Shown here: positions 35,460 through 47,940 of the stretch, piece by piece
How the letters are laid out: each line of letters begins with the position of its first letter
How positions within the stretch are numbered: the first letter of the stretch is position 1
Origin: Octopus vulgaris
Lineage: Eukaryota
Direction of reading: 5' to 3'
Length of the DNA: 64,000 nucleotides
Assembly (NCBI GenBank): GCA_951406725.2
Contig: OX597814.1
Coordinates: 168,144,001 to 168,208,000, forward strand
Translations under genes and position numbers: made by a program
The notes under the pieces: generated by a model
What the model was told of the DNA's origin: nothing
Databases searched by the model: none
What the model saw: the letters and a program-made list of their open reading frames with translations, nothing else

Positions 35460-36338
35460 CGAGGTCTGATTAGTAAGTATCCAGACTGTTGCTATAGTAA
35501 CATAGCTAAAGCATGCAGAGTGAAGCCACTTGGCAAAGATTAAACCTGAGTTCTGCTGTGCATGTGCACTAAGTTTTAATGTTCTGGCTCACTTTCGCTG
35601 TTTACAGCAATGCTAGGAAAGAAGGTGTGTAGCATGTAATCATAGCACTGATCATGACAGAGAAAGCTATCATGGCGATACCTGCTCAGAGGCCTACGTA
35701 ATGTTGCAGAAAGTGTATGGAGAGCTGCACACAAGTGTATGAGTGGTTCAGACGTTTCCAAGAGGGCTGAAAAAGTGTCGATATTGACGAATGTTCTGGG
35801 AGATCTGCATCCAGAAGAACTGAGAAAAACATTGCAGATGCGTGTGCAGCTGTGGGGGGAAATTGTTGAATTACCATCAAATTGTTGAGGATGTGCAGAT
35901 TAGTTCCAGTATAGTTCAGTCCATTATCACTGAAGATTTGGGTATGAGATGTATGTCTGCCAAGTTTGTGCAAAACTACATTCAGCTGACCAAAAAGACG
36001 CTTGGGTTTCAGTGGCACAAGATCTCCTTGATTGTGTTGAGAATGATGAAAATTTTTTGATAACTTTGCATAGGCCTCTGAGAAGGTATTACCAAGCTTT
36101 TGGCAAAATTTGATGCAGATTCTCTGCTTAACTTTTTCTGTCATGGTCAATGTGATGATCACACGCTGCACATCTTCCTTCCAAGCACTGCTGTAAGCAG
36201 CGGAAGTGAGCTAGAACATTAAAGCTTAGTGCACATGCACAGCAGAGTTCAAGGTCAATCTATGCCAAGCAGCTTCACTCTGCATGCTTTAGCTTCATTA
36301 CTATGACAACAGTCCGGATATTTATTCTTCAGACCACA
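35460..36338 (+). mobile_element. Non-autonomous mariner derivative built from two inverted 5' ends, TA TSD
   Basis: TA|CGAGGTCTG ... CAGACCACA|TA; arms inverted over >200 bp. Transposase N-terminal remnants on both arms (MTEKVKQRICIKFC on -, QVYEWFRRFQEG..EDLGMRCMSAKFV on +). Confidence 0.88.
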
Positions 36339-37914
36339 TACTTCCCATTTTTAGGTGGTTGTGTATTCTTTCAAGGAGATTTCAGTTGATATTCCTTGCA
36401 GGCAAAGTGACTGCATAGATGGTCCTTTGTTAGGATCTGTGTTTATTATACACACTTAAATTAGCATGTGAGTATCTGTGTGCTTATAGAATGACAGTAG
36501 CTATATATTCTCTTTAGAATATTGAATGTATAACTAATGTAGCTATCTCCTATATTTTGTGATGATCATTAATGTTCATTTAACTTGATTTGTAGTAAAT
36601 TTTTAATGGACTACATGATGAAGCAATGCTTAAACCTGGTTTTATCATATATATATATTTTTTCACAGTAGTGTATAATTGATTAGTTGACTGAATGACA
36701 TTTGTTTTATGATTGCAACCTCAACACAGCTAATTTGTTTACTTGGTTGCTTGCTGTACTATTCATTGATCCAAAAGTGAAATTGTTTGAGTTTCACATG
36801 AAGAAATATCTGTGGATAAATAGACATGGGCACTTTAGACTCGTGAACAAATATGTAAATAACTTGTTCAAAAATCAATTGTTTAATTTTCACATTGATT
36901 TCTAACTCAAGTAAGCAAAAAAAAAAAAAAACATTTATGGAAAAAAAACCCCCCAGAAGATATGTTCCATCTCCAAGTGACGTAGATTAGCTTTGATTGG
37001 ATATTGAAACCGATTTACAGACTTAACCTTCATGAGGAGTTTACTACTTTCTTGCTCTATGGTGCTTGACACAACTCTTATGTTATATTAGATATTTAAG
37101 TTGTTAGTTCTTCCTGTTGTCTCCCTCCCAATTTTATTCTGTATCACTCTTTAACATTTAAAGATCTTGAATATAAAATTCAGTCCTGAAAACTTTTATA
37201 TGTATTGTATTTTCTGCCATGAGAACATTTGACTGCTGATAAACCACATTTTTTTTTTTATCCATCACTCATTATTCACATTATATCATCATTTTACATT
37301 CCTATTTTATGCTGGCATAGGTTGGATGGTTCAACAGGATTTGATTAGCCTAAGGGTTGTGTTGATCTCCAATATCTACCGTGGCAAAGTTTCTATGGCT
37401 AGATACCCTTCCTAGCTCCAATCACTGTACATCAATCACTTGATGCTTTTTTTGTGGCACCAGCACTAGTGAGGTTGCCAAGTAATTTACAAAACAAGAC
37501 TCCTTGAAAGAGTTGAGGCATAATATTAAGGGAGGTGGCTTTGAGCTATGAAGTTTTCTCTTTCATATTTCTGATTGTCTGATTTTCTTTTAATCCTTAG
37601 CTATTCCTGCATTCCACTTGTTTTAGTCTTTCATTTAACTTTATAAATTCAATGGAATGTGCTTAACTCATTTCTAACCCATATGTACCACAGATCTTCA
37701 ACACTTAATGCCAGTGTTTCATTTACCATTACAGCAGTCACAGGGGTTAAACTGTATCTAGCTCAATGAAGAATATCATGATTTAATTTGATATAGTTTT
37801 TAAATGACATCCTTAGCATAGGTGTGGCTCAGGGATAATGCCGCTTCGGTAGGCAGTGCTTACATTCAATAAAATAGATCGATTGCAACATTTTCCTTCT
37901 ATGACAAAATATTG

Positions 37915-38458
37915 CTTCCACACCTGAAACTAAGGAAGGAGCTGAGAACTGATCTTTGGTGGACCCCTATTCCTACCTGAAATTCTTCACAAATACTTGT
38001 TGCCAACCCTCACCTTACAGTGTCCCTGTACATAGCTAACTAACCATTCATCTATCCCTAGTTTCTGCATTGACCACCAGATAAGGGATCAGTGGACCTT
38101 GTCAAAGGCTTTCTCCATGTCAGTGAAAGCCAAATACAGAGCTTTATCTTTGGCGAGGAATTTCTCCTGCAGCTGTCTTACCAGAAATATAGCATCAGTG
38201 GTGCTTCTCCCTGGCACAAACCCAAACTGCACCTTGTCTAAACTAACTCCTGATTTGTTGGGGTATGACCCTCTCTGTGACTTTCATCACCTGATCCAAC
38301 AATTTGATACCTCTGTAATTATTCTTATCTAATGCGTCATCTTTTCCTTTGTAGCAGTTGACTATGGTGCTGGTACACCAGTCATTGGGTATGACTCCAT
38401 CATGTATCACCTAGTTGACTATATGGGTGAGTAGACTATAGCCTACACTGCCAGATAT
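37915..38458 (-). mobile_element. Degenerate internal RT fragment of the same RTE family; RTE tail copy nearby at ~37285-37500
   Basis: Colinear with 18520-19190 (QFGFVPGRSTTDAIFLVRQLQEKFLAKDKALYLAFTDMEKAFD) with deletions and frameshifts. Confidence 0.9.
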
Positions 38459-39191
38459 GTAGAATCAATGTAGAATAAAATGCTTTCCCTCCAAAATTGC
38501 AAAGAAACAAACCCCTGCAGTGTAGTTGAACTCCTGACCCATGGTTTTACTATATGATACTTTATTCACTCACTCACTGCTGCTTATACAGATATATATG
38601 TAAATAGTAATTACTCTATCAGACTAGTGTCTGCTGAAGCTGAATGTATGTATACCTTCCTCTGTTTTTTTTTTGTTTTTGTTTAAATTCATTTTTTGTT
38701 TGTATATTTATATAAAAAAAAGTAATATCATGGCTTTTGATTAAATAGCAAACAGAATCTTTTTTGTCCCTGCTGATATGGTTAATTGATAGCAGTGAAG
38801 CAAACTGCTTTAGGAATGGTTTATCCAAAAACTACTGTTATCAAATATGTAACCGTGTGGGTGTAGCAACCACCCTTTCCTCCTTGCTGTAGAATAGAAA
38901 CTATTGGCACAATCACTTCTACCATCATCACTATCGTCATTGCAAAACATTATCACATTTGTTATTGTATTTGTTGCTGTTGCTATTGTTGTAGTCTCTA
39001 TTGTCATTATTGATCATTTGTAGGAAAATGAGATTATGTAATGTTCATGTCCTACTCAAGGGTGTTAAGGCACAAAGACTGTGAAATTAAATGATGGTAT
39101 TACAGCTTTAAATCAAATCAAATTACTGAGAAAGCAAGTATTGAAAGACTGGTTCGACAAATTGTCAGAATTGTTAGTGTGGCAAATAGAA

Positions 39192-39422
39192 GGCGGCGAG
39201 CTGGCAGAAATGTTAGCAGGCCGGGCGAAATGCTTAGCGTTATTTCGTCTGCCTTTGCGTTCTGAGTTCAAATTCCGCCGAGGTCGACTTTACCTTTCAT
39301 CCTTTTGGGGTCGATAAATTAAGTACCAGTTACGCATTGGGGTCGATGTAATCAACTTAAACCGTTTGTCTGTCCTTGTTTGTCCCCTCTATGTTTAGCC
39401 CCTTGTGGGCAATAAAGAAATA
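39192..39422 (+). mobile_element. Young tRNA-derived Nin/Deu-domain SINE
   Basis: Same features as 30226-30454. Confidence 0.9.
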
Positions 39423-39884
39423 AGATAGAATGCCTTGTAGTATTTGTTCCAACTAACTGCACATTAAGTTCAAACCTCACCAAGGTCAACTGCTTTACTT
39501 CCTTTCATGGTTGATAAATGAAGTATTAGTTTGATACTGAGTTAATTCTTTCTCTTTCTTCTTTGCTGTTAGCCACATTGTATCATAAGAAGGATTGAGT
39601 GAAGGGTCAGCAATCTTTCCTTATCGAAAAACTGACATCAAACTGGTACCATCCAAGAACGGTTAGATGTGCAGTACAGCATTGAACTGAAAATAGAAGT
39701 GTTGCTACATCACTGCAGACTGGTTCTTCAAGTTTGCTTGTGCTATATTCCTTCCTGATAATATCTGGGTTAATTTCTTCCTGGTCTTTCTAAATTTAGT
39801 CACCCAAAATACAATACATCATTTGTATCTATGAAGTAACAACCAGACATACATATTCTCTCTATTTCTGCTTAAAACATTTGG

Positions 39885-39920
39885 ATTCAATATTTCTGAT
39901 TATCATCAGAAATATTGAAT
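39885..39920. repeat. Perfect 16-bp inverted repeat with 4-nt spacer
   Basis: ATTCAATATTTCTGAT-TATC-ATCAGAAATATTGAAT. Confidence 0.95.
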
Positions 39921-40241
39921 TTAGAGTATTTATAAATTCAGGCTTTCATAGAGCAAAATAACTGAGAGACAAGCCAATTGAAGAATCTCTACAGGGAGCC
40001 TTTAAAAGCTAATTAGAAATAATTTTGCATTTAGAAAAGAACAATATTAGTGAAAGACTAATATCATTTAGTGTTTTTTTATTTTAATATCTGGTAATAT
40101 ATTTTCTTTTATATTTATATCTAGGATAGATAAGATGGCTAAGTGCATTGCGTATATAATTAGCTACCTTATTGGTTATAACCAAGTTTAATGCTGGCAT
40201 TTTGTTGTAGTTATTGTTTTTAGTTTCAGATCCTAGATTAA

Positions 40242-40461
40242 CCCTTTTGTTACTGTATTTATTTTGAGATGCTCTGTGTTTCTTTCAGTTACTTTAAATA
40301 TAACAAAGAATTTAGTAAAATAACTTAGGTATCATTCAGCTAGTGTTAGGAAAATTAATTGTGACTAAGGTTTGGTGGAAGATTTTAATTCAAAACTTAT
40401 GAAAACAAGACATTTGTACTCAGAGCCAGAGCTGGTTTCAGCCGGGTTGGTATCAAAAGGG
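40242..40461. mobile_element. piggyBac-type MITE (family A)
   Basis: TTAA|CCCTTTTGTTAC ... GTATCAAAAGGG|TTAG. Confidence 0.85.
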
Positions 40462-40734
40462 TTAGACTTACAGTCAAAAGTATTCCATCTATGGCCATCC
40501 CACCTTTTTCCTTTATACACAGAACCTGTGATCATATCAAGTGTGTCCTTTTAGGTGGAAGAATTTGTTTTTGTATGTGTGTATGAGGCAAAGATGTGCA
40601 TGCATGCACATGCACACACACAAAAATGGAAGATCATGTTAGGAATATCATCGGTGTGTGTGATCAGGGCTAACTTAGGATAAACAACAATAGCAGAACC
40701 TACTTAAATGATATACAGATTTATATTTATAATA

Positions 40735-41681
40735 TATAATGAAATTATTGTATACAGTGCTCAGGTACACCACAACTTGTCAAAAGTGCGTATAAAGCAT
40801 ATAATAGTAATAATGAAATTATTGTATACAGTGCTCAGGTGCACCACAACTTGTCAGAGTATACGCAGTAATGTACTAATGTCTGGAAAGCGAACAATGC
40901 ATGAGTCAGATACATGCTTGTGTGTGTATGGAGGGGAGAAAATCAGGTGTAGTGTTGGCGAATCTCAGGAAGCATGGAAGTTTTGAAGGATGCAGTGCTC
41001 CGACATCTAACAACTGATGCCGGCAGTTTGTTCCATGCTTCAGCAACTCTCAGCGTGAAAAAATGTTTCCTGAAGTCATGGGAGCTGTGCTGTTTTCTGA
41101 CTTTGTAAATATGTCCACGGGTGTTAGATGGGTGGAGTTTAAAAAGGTGCTCAGAGTTATTGTTTGTACGATGGTTGATAATTTTATGGGTGTCTGCCAA
41201 GTCAGCTGCCAGACGTCAGAGTTTCAATGTGTCCATGCCCAGGGAAGAAAGGCGTTCAGGATATAGCAAATGCCTGATGGAGGGTATTCTTTTGGTTGCA
41301 CGTCGCTGAACGGCTTCCAGACGATTGATATCCTGGGCAAGATAGGGGTTCCAGACTGGTGATGCAAATTCCAGGTGAGGTCTTACCATAGCTATATAAA
41401 GCCACAGATAGATAGTCGGAGAGCGGCTCACAAAGGATTTGGTGAGTGATGCCTTCTTGACAATTTTAGCGATGTGTTTTGTCGACAATAACACCCAGGT
41501 CACATTCACATGAAGACTTTTTGAGACTAGTGTTGTGGAGGGAGTAGGTGGACGCTGGGTTTCTCCTTCCAAAATGCATGGTGGTACATTTGTCCACATT
41601 ATGCAGTAATGTACAAATGTCTGGAAAGTGAACAGTGTATGAGTCAGATACATGCTTGCGTGTGTATGGAGGGGAGAAAAT
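40735..41681 (-). mobile_element. CR1 LINE fragment (40801-41600) nested in a shorter copy of the same family (40735-40800 + 41601-41681)
   Basis: Inner ORF2 end: LYIAMVRPHLEFASPVWNPYLAQDINRLEAVQRRATK...TRGH..WNKLP. The outer halves join to the contiguous 3'UTR seen at 180-310. Confidence 0.88.
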
Positions 41682-41687
41682 TTGAAC

Positions 41688-41840
41688 ATTATCATCATCA
41701 TTTAATGTCTGTTTTGCATGCTGCCATGGGTTGGAATGTTTGATAGGAGCTGGCAAGCTGGATAGCTGCAACAACAGGCTCCAATCGTCTGTTTTGGTAT
41801 CTACTGCTTGATGCCCTTCCTAACACTAACCATTTTACTA
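41688..41840 (-). mobile_element. RTE LINE 3' tail copy
   Basis: (CAT)n TTTAATGTCTGTTTTGCATGCTGCCATGGGTTGG ... GATGCCCTTCCTAACAC. Confidence 0.75.
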
Positions 41841-42772
41841 TCCTGTTAACCTATTTATATAAAACGGTAGATTTGCTGGTTAATTGTCTGTATCATGCAT
41901 CTGTGTTTATTACATTTCTTCACTTTATTTAAACTATTATAAACTCAACAAGAATATTAAGATTTAGCAGCTCAGATAAAATTGTTTTCTTGGATCACGT
42001 TAACTTATAAAAACATACTTGGTTGTGTAATGAAGGCAGTAGTAGGACCCTGAAAATGGAAGATAAGATTTTAGTTGTATTTTTCTGCAACAGTTTTTAA
42101 AATTTTACTTGAAATTGTTTTTAAGTTGAAATTAATCTGAAATATGTTTACAAAGAAAATACTATATGACAACCACTTTGCTCCCAGATCTAACCCTGTT
42201 TTGTTTGCTCCCTTTCCCACTCCTTATAAAGTTGTTATAGTTTTTAGATAAACACATATGCAAACATATGTGGACTACAAACAAATACACCCAAAGTTTT
42301 AAGAGATAATTTTTCACTAGCTTGAATAAAGAGGATGGCAGTGATGATAATGATGATGATGATTATAATGACAGTAATAATAATGCTTTATTACTAAAAG
42401 GGCACAAAAGAAGAAACATTACAAAGGTAAAAACTAACAAAAACAGTGAGAAAATAAAATGTGAAATATTTACTGTGCAAATAAAAACTTCTTGAATAAA
42501 TTTCAAATCAACATTTTTGGTTTTCTCTCCATTTTGTCCATATGATTATTATGTAATCATCATCATTATTTTTATATAATTGGTCTGTCAGTAATTGTTA
42601 TCACTCCCAGCTATTAAAGTCAATCAATGAACTTGGCATCAACTTATCATCATCATCATGTTTAAACTATGCTAATGGTATTTATTTTGGTTCAGTGTTA
42701 TTTTCATGTTTGTTTGAGTGGTGTTATCTTTTCTTTGTTTCATCCTCTCTAGAGACACAGCAAATGTGTATT

Positions 42773-42900
42773 AAGAGACATCATAACTACAACTAACAAA
42801 AATATCAAGGGACATCATAACTACAATGCACAAAATTATTAAGGGACATCATAATTACAATTAACAAAGGAGTTAAGAGACATCATAAGTACAACCATTG
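42773..42900. repeat. 34-bp-period minisatellite, four units
   Basis: AAG(A/G)GACATCATAA(C/T/G)TACAA starts at 42773, 42807, 42841 and 42875. Confidence 0.9.
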
Positions 42901-43414
42901 TGCTTAGAGACATTCAATCATTTTGCCTCTTACTTTTTAGCATTTTTATCAGACAATTTAAAAATCTCAAATATGTTTAGTTGCTAGATGGCATTACAAA
43001 AATAAAGTTTATTTATCTGACCCTTAAAATTGTGTTTTAAGGGCAATAATAACTAAAATGTGAAAATCAAACTGTTCTCATGATTTATAGCTGGTGGTGT
43101 GGGAAGTGAATGAAGGACATTTAAATAACTACAGTGTCTAATTACAAAAGCTAGAATGACTCACACACATAAACACTGTGTGTGTGTGTGTGTGTGTGTT
43201 GATGATACAAATTTATGAAACATTGAATGTTTCTTTATGAAACAGGAAATGCATTAATAACCTCTGTTTGCCCTATGTTGACTTGAAATGTCAATAACCA
43301 CACCTGTAGATAAAAAGTGACACACCTAGAGATCCAGTAAATTCATTTTAAGGAAAGAAACATCATGACCTTTCTAAATTATATGTATTCCTCTCTTGAA
43401 CTTATCATTATCTT

Positions 43415-43626
43415 CTAGTTGCTTGAATCATTAGACTGTGGTCATGCTGGGGCACTGTTTTAAAGGGTTTTAGTTTTAACCTATTGACCCCAATCCTTAT
43501 CTTTTTTCTTTTTGCAAAGCCTGGTACTTATTCTATCAGTCTTTTTTGCCAAATTGCTAAGTTACAGGGATGTAAACTCATCAACACTGGTTGTCAAATG
43601 GTGATGGCGGATAGCACATACACAAT

Positions 43627-43667
<41 letters not shown>

Positions 43668-43856
43668 GTATGTATATATATATATATATATTAGACAGGC
43701 TTCTTTCAGTTTTCATCTAACAAACCCACTCACAAGGCTTTGCTCAGTCTAGGCTATAGTAGAAAACACTTGCCAAAGGTTCCACATAGTGAGCCTGAAC
43801 CCAGAACCATGTGGTTGGGTACCAAACTTCTTACCACTTAGCCACACCCATGCCTA
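43415..43856 (-). mobile_element. tRNA-derived CORE-type SINE (family D)
   Basis: Homologous to 722-1091, with internal (CA)n/(TA)n. Confidence 0.75.
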
Positions 43857-44415
43857 TTATTAGATAATCAATAAATATTTTTTCCTCCGTGAAATACATT
43901 TGGTTTGGTCTCCTAACAGCTGAATACTCTCTAATAATGCTCTTGTGATTCTTTGATGGCAGAGTTGTTACAATGCTGGATAAAATGTCTTTCAGTGACT
44001 CTGCACTTTGAGTTCAAATCCTGCTGAGATTAACTTTGCTTGTCTTCATTTCAGTGTTGAGAAAAAAAAAGGTACCAATCTAGAGTAGTAGATGAGTGGA
44101 ACTGTCAGAACATTGCAATATTTATTCTAGATCCTTGTATTTTAGGTTCAAATCCATCTGTGGCTTACATGTATAGGAGACTTAATTTGCCATCTAGTTT
44201 CATTCTACCACCTGGCATCTTGAGTGCCTTTAGTGGAATCCACTCTTTCATGAGCATTTGGACTTAGCCTCCAGTTTGAAGGTACCATCCTTCTTATCTC
44301 TTTCCCACAAATCTTGGAGACCCTGTAAAGGGTCATGGACATCGTCTTTCCTCCTGATTAAAAAATTTAAGAATTACTACAAAAAAGAAATTAAAAATTG
44401 CAAAGGAACTCTTAA

Positions 44416-44638
44416 GCCTTTTGTTAATATATTTCTGCTGAAAAACACTTTCATTGTTTCAAATGATTTTGAAAATAATGAAGAATTTAGTAAAATAGCT
44501 TTGTCATCATTAAACTGGTGTTTCGGACATAAATTAACACAAGACTTTGATTGAAGATTTTAATTTAGATCACTTTAAAAAAAGGAAATTTGTATCATAG
44601 AACCAGGAGCAGCCTCAGGCAGGTTGGCATCAAAAAGG
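44416..44638. mobile_element. TTAA MITE (family B)
   Basis: Related to family A (GAATTTAGTAAAATAGC, GAAGATTTTAAT); reverse-complement relative at 54443-54654. Confidence 0.65.
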
Positions 44639-44981
44639 TTAGAGACTTTGTGAAGTTATATAATTCCATTCCATATATATATAACTGGTCTCTATAAAAT
44701 TGTTTATTAAATTTTACTGTTATCAGGATAATTATAATGGCTATCTGCAAGTGCAATCCCTATGAATCAGAGTGGCTGTTTCAGTGTATCTCCCTAGCCA
44801 TTCTCTGGGGCAACGCCTTTTCCATTTTGTCTACTGGGACCACAAAGCAGTCTGACAAGCCTTTTTAGATATTTCTCTGAGGTGAGGAAGAGGAAAGATG
44901 CGATGACTTAGGAATATTATGGCAATTGTAAAGATGACTAACATAAACAAACAAAAGTGAAAAAAATGTTGATATCAACAG

Positions 44982-45028
<47 letters not shown>

Positions 45029-45544
45029 CACAAATTCTCTCTATATAAATTTAGTACTGATGTGAAGGAATTCTTGCTTAAAAAAATCTAAGTTAAAGAA
45101 TAAATCTGAAAATATATCACAAATATCTATTCTAGTAAAAATTCTGTTTTTGTAACAAAATAGCATTTCTGTATGTGAGAGAATATATCACTTGTATGTA
45201 TTAGACATTATATTTTAAATTGAAGTGAAATAGTGATCTTAAGAAGCTTTGAATTGAAAAAAAAAAAACGAATTTCTTTCCAAGCAAGATTAAATATATT
45301 TGCCTTGACTCCGTTGTAAATTAGGTCAACAAAATCGAGCTGTATTATTAACAGGTCAATTTGTGAATTTATCTTTTTAGTATTGCAAGAAGGATTGTGA
45401 GTCATCCACAAAACACTCAAGTTTTGTGAGATTAGAACAAATTTGTTTTTTTGGTCTTGATAAAATATTGGTAACACCATGTTGAAAGAAAACATTCTTA
45501 ATGAGCTGAGTCTATTACCCAGTTTTGATTCCTGTTTGTGTAGA

Positions 45545-45925
45545 TCTTTTTACTTTTTTACCTGTTCCAGTCACTGGCTGTGACCATGCTGAGACACCAC
45601 CTTGAATGGTATTAATTGAATAAATTAACCCCAGTACTTTTAATTTTTTCTTTTAAGCCTTGTACTTATTCTATTGGTCTCTTATACTGAACTGCAAATT
45701 TACAGGGATGTAAACAAACCAATACTGGTTGTCAGGTGGTGGTGGGAGACAAACTCAAATGCAAAAACACATACACGTGGATATATACATACTTGTTTCC
45801 GTCAGCCAAATCCCCGTTCAGAGCTTTGGTTGATCCAGGGCTACAGTTAAAGACATTTGTGACTGAACCTGGAACTATGTGGTTGAGAAGCAAACCTCTT
45901 ACCAAACACCCATGCATGTACCTAT
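45545..45925 (-). mobile_element. tRNA-derived CORE-type SINE (family D)
   Basis: Homologous to 722-1091. Confidence 0.75.
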
Positions 45926-46017
45926 AATTCTTTAAATAATTTGGGTATCATTGTCATTAATTGTCATGTCTGTATCTCTGAAGATCTATTGATTGATATA
46001 TTTTGAATTCTTTGTAT

Positions 46018-46408
46018 AGGCATAGGCATGGCTCTGTGGTTAAGAAGCTTGTTTTGCAACCATGTAGTTTTAGGTTCAGTCCTGCTGTGCTGCATCTTGG
46101 ACTAGTGTTTTCTACTACAGCTCTTGGTCAAACAGCTGACCAATGCCTTCTGAGTGGATTTGGTAGACAGGAACCATGGAAACCTATTGTATGTGTGCAT
46201 TTGTATTTGTTCTCCAACCAATACTTGACAAATTGTGTTGGTTGTTTACGTCTCCATAACTTAGCAGTTCAGTATAAGAAACTGACAGAGTAAGTACCAG
46301 ACTTTAAAAAAAAAATTAGCACTTGGGTTGATTTGCTCAACTAAACTTTTCAAGGCAGTGCTCCAGCATGGCTGTTGTCCAATGATTGAAAGAAATAAAA
46401 GATAAAGA
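46018..46408 (+). mobile_element. tRNA-derived CORE-type SINE (family D), head-to-head with the previous copy
   Basis: AGGCATAGGCATGGCTCTGTGGTTAAG head, GGTTCAGTCC B-box, GAGTGGATTTGGTAGAC, GCAGTGCTCCAGCATGGC tail. Confidence 0.75.
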
Positions 46409-46759
46409 TTAAAATCTATCAGATTTAGCAATTAACTTTATCATGTCTTCATGAAATAGCAGTTAATTCTTTTGGAATATTTTATTTAAGATTTTCAGCA
46501 TATAATGACATTAGACTTTATATGTGCCAGTTTGAGTCAGAAAAGAGCGAAAGACTTGCCAGTAGGCCTGCTAATCATGTGTCTCAAATTAGATAAAAGT
46601 ATTGATTTATTGATTTTAGTATACTGGATTTGTTGAGTTGTAGGAAGAGGTAATATTGTAGTGTGACACAATTGATTAAACCAACCATAATATTTGACTA
46701 AACATGGCATGGTGAACTTTGGTAGGATTTGAAGAAAATAAAGACATAAATAAACTAGC

Positions 46760-47410
46760 CCTGGTTGTCAAATGGTGGGGATCAAACACAGACACACATA
46801 TTTACACATCATCATCATCATCATCATTCTTTAACCCTTTCGTTATTGTATTTATTTTGAGATGCTCTGTGTTTCTTTCAATTATTTTAAATATAACAAA
46901 GAATTTAGTAAAATAACTTAGTTATCATGAAGCTAGTGTTAGGAACATAAATTGTGACTAAGATTTGGAAGATTTGAATTCAAAACTTATGTAAACAAGA
47001 CATTTGTACTACAGAGCCAGAGCAGGTTTCAGCTGGGTTGGTAACAAAAGGGTCAACGTCTGTTTTCCATGCTGGCTTGGGTTAGACTGTTTGACTGGAA
47101 CTGGTAAGCTGGAGAGCTGTACTAGGCTCCAGTCTGTTTTGGTATGGTTTCTACTGCTGGATGCCCTTCCTAATGCCAACCACTCCACACATACATTCAT
47201 ACATACACACATAATAAATATACACATACACACAGACACTCATACACATGACAAGCCTCCACACAGTTTTTGTCTACCAAATTCACTCAGAAGGCATTGG
47301 TTGGCCCCAGGCTTTAATAGAAAACACTTGCCCAAGATGCTATGCAGTGGGACTGAACCTGAAACAACATGGTTACAAAGCAAGCTTCTTAACCACAAAG
47401 CCATGTCTGT
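46760..47410 (-). mobile_element. Triple nest: family D SINE > RTE tail (46807-47188) > family A MITE (46835-47052)
   Basis: MITE TTAA|CCC..GGG|TCAA sits in the TTTAACGTC of the RTE tail, which sits in the microsatellite of the SINE. Confidence 0.75.
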
Positions 47411-47940
47411 ATAATCTGTGTCTATTTATAATTAGTAACAGTTTGACTGGACTTCACATTCTTTTAACCCTTTAACATTTAGTTTATTCTGTCAAAAGTA
47501 ATGCTCATTCATTCATATTGTTTTGAATTAAGCGTGTTTTATCTTGTCACTTAAAGATTTCAATGATGCGATTGTTTATTTTTAGAATGACATGGTAGAG
47601 TAGGTGGGAGATACTCGATTTAGCTGTTCTGAACATAAAATGGAGAATATTTTTGGCAGATATGGCTGGTTGAAATGTTAATGGCTTAAATAACGTGGAG
47701 CTGAATCAAACTATTTTAAACTTTTAACTGCTACATGTACCACTGGTGGTTCATCACAAACTTCACACAATTGCCATATGCACCACCCATGGTACATTTT
47801 CATAATTTGAGAAAATATTTAATTCTGTATCTTTGGCATGGTTTTGAGGATGTTTAACCCTTTAGCATTCAAATTATTTTGTTGAATATAATGCTTGTTA
47901 ATTCACATTCTTTTAAATTTACCATTTTCTATCTCATAGC

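Noticed and set aside
39560-39830. Possible ancient RTE remnants (also ~33360-33470, ~44190-44355, ~44740-44870)
   Set aside because: Only faint motif echoes; too degraded to support a call without alignment.
42773-42900. CRISPR-like repeat/spacer appearance
   Set aside because: Eukaryotic context, no cas genes, and 14-nt linkers that are mutually homologous.
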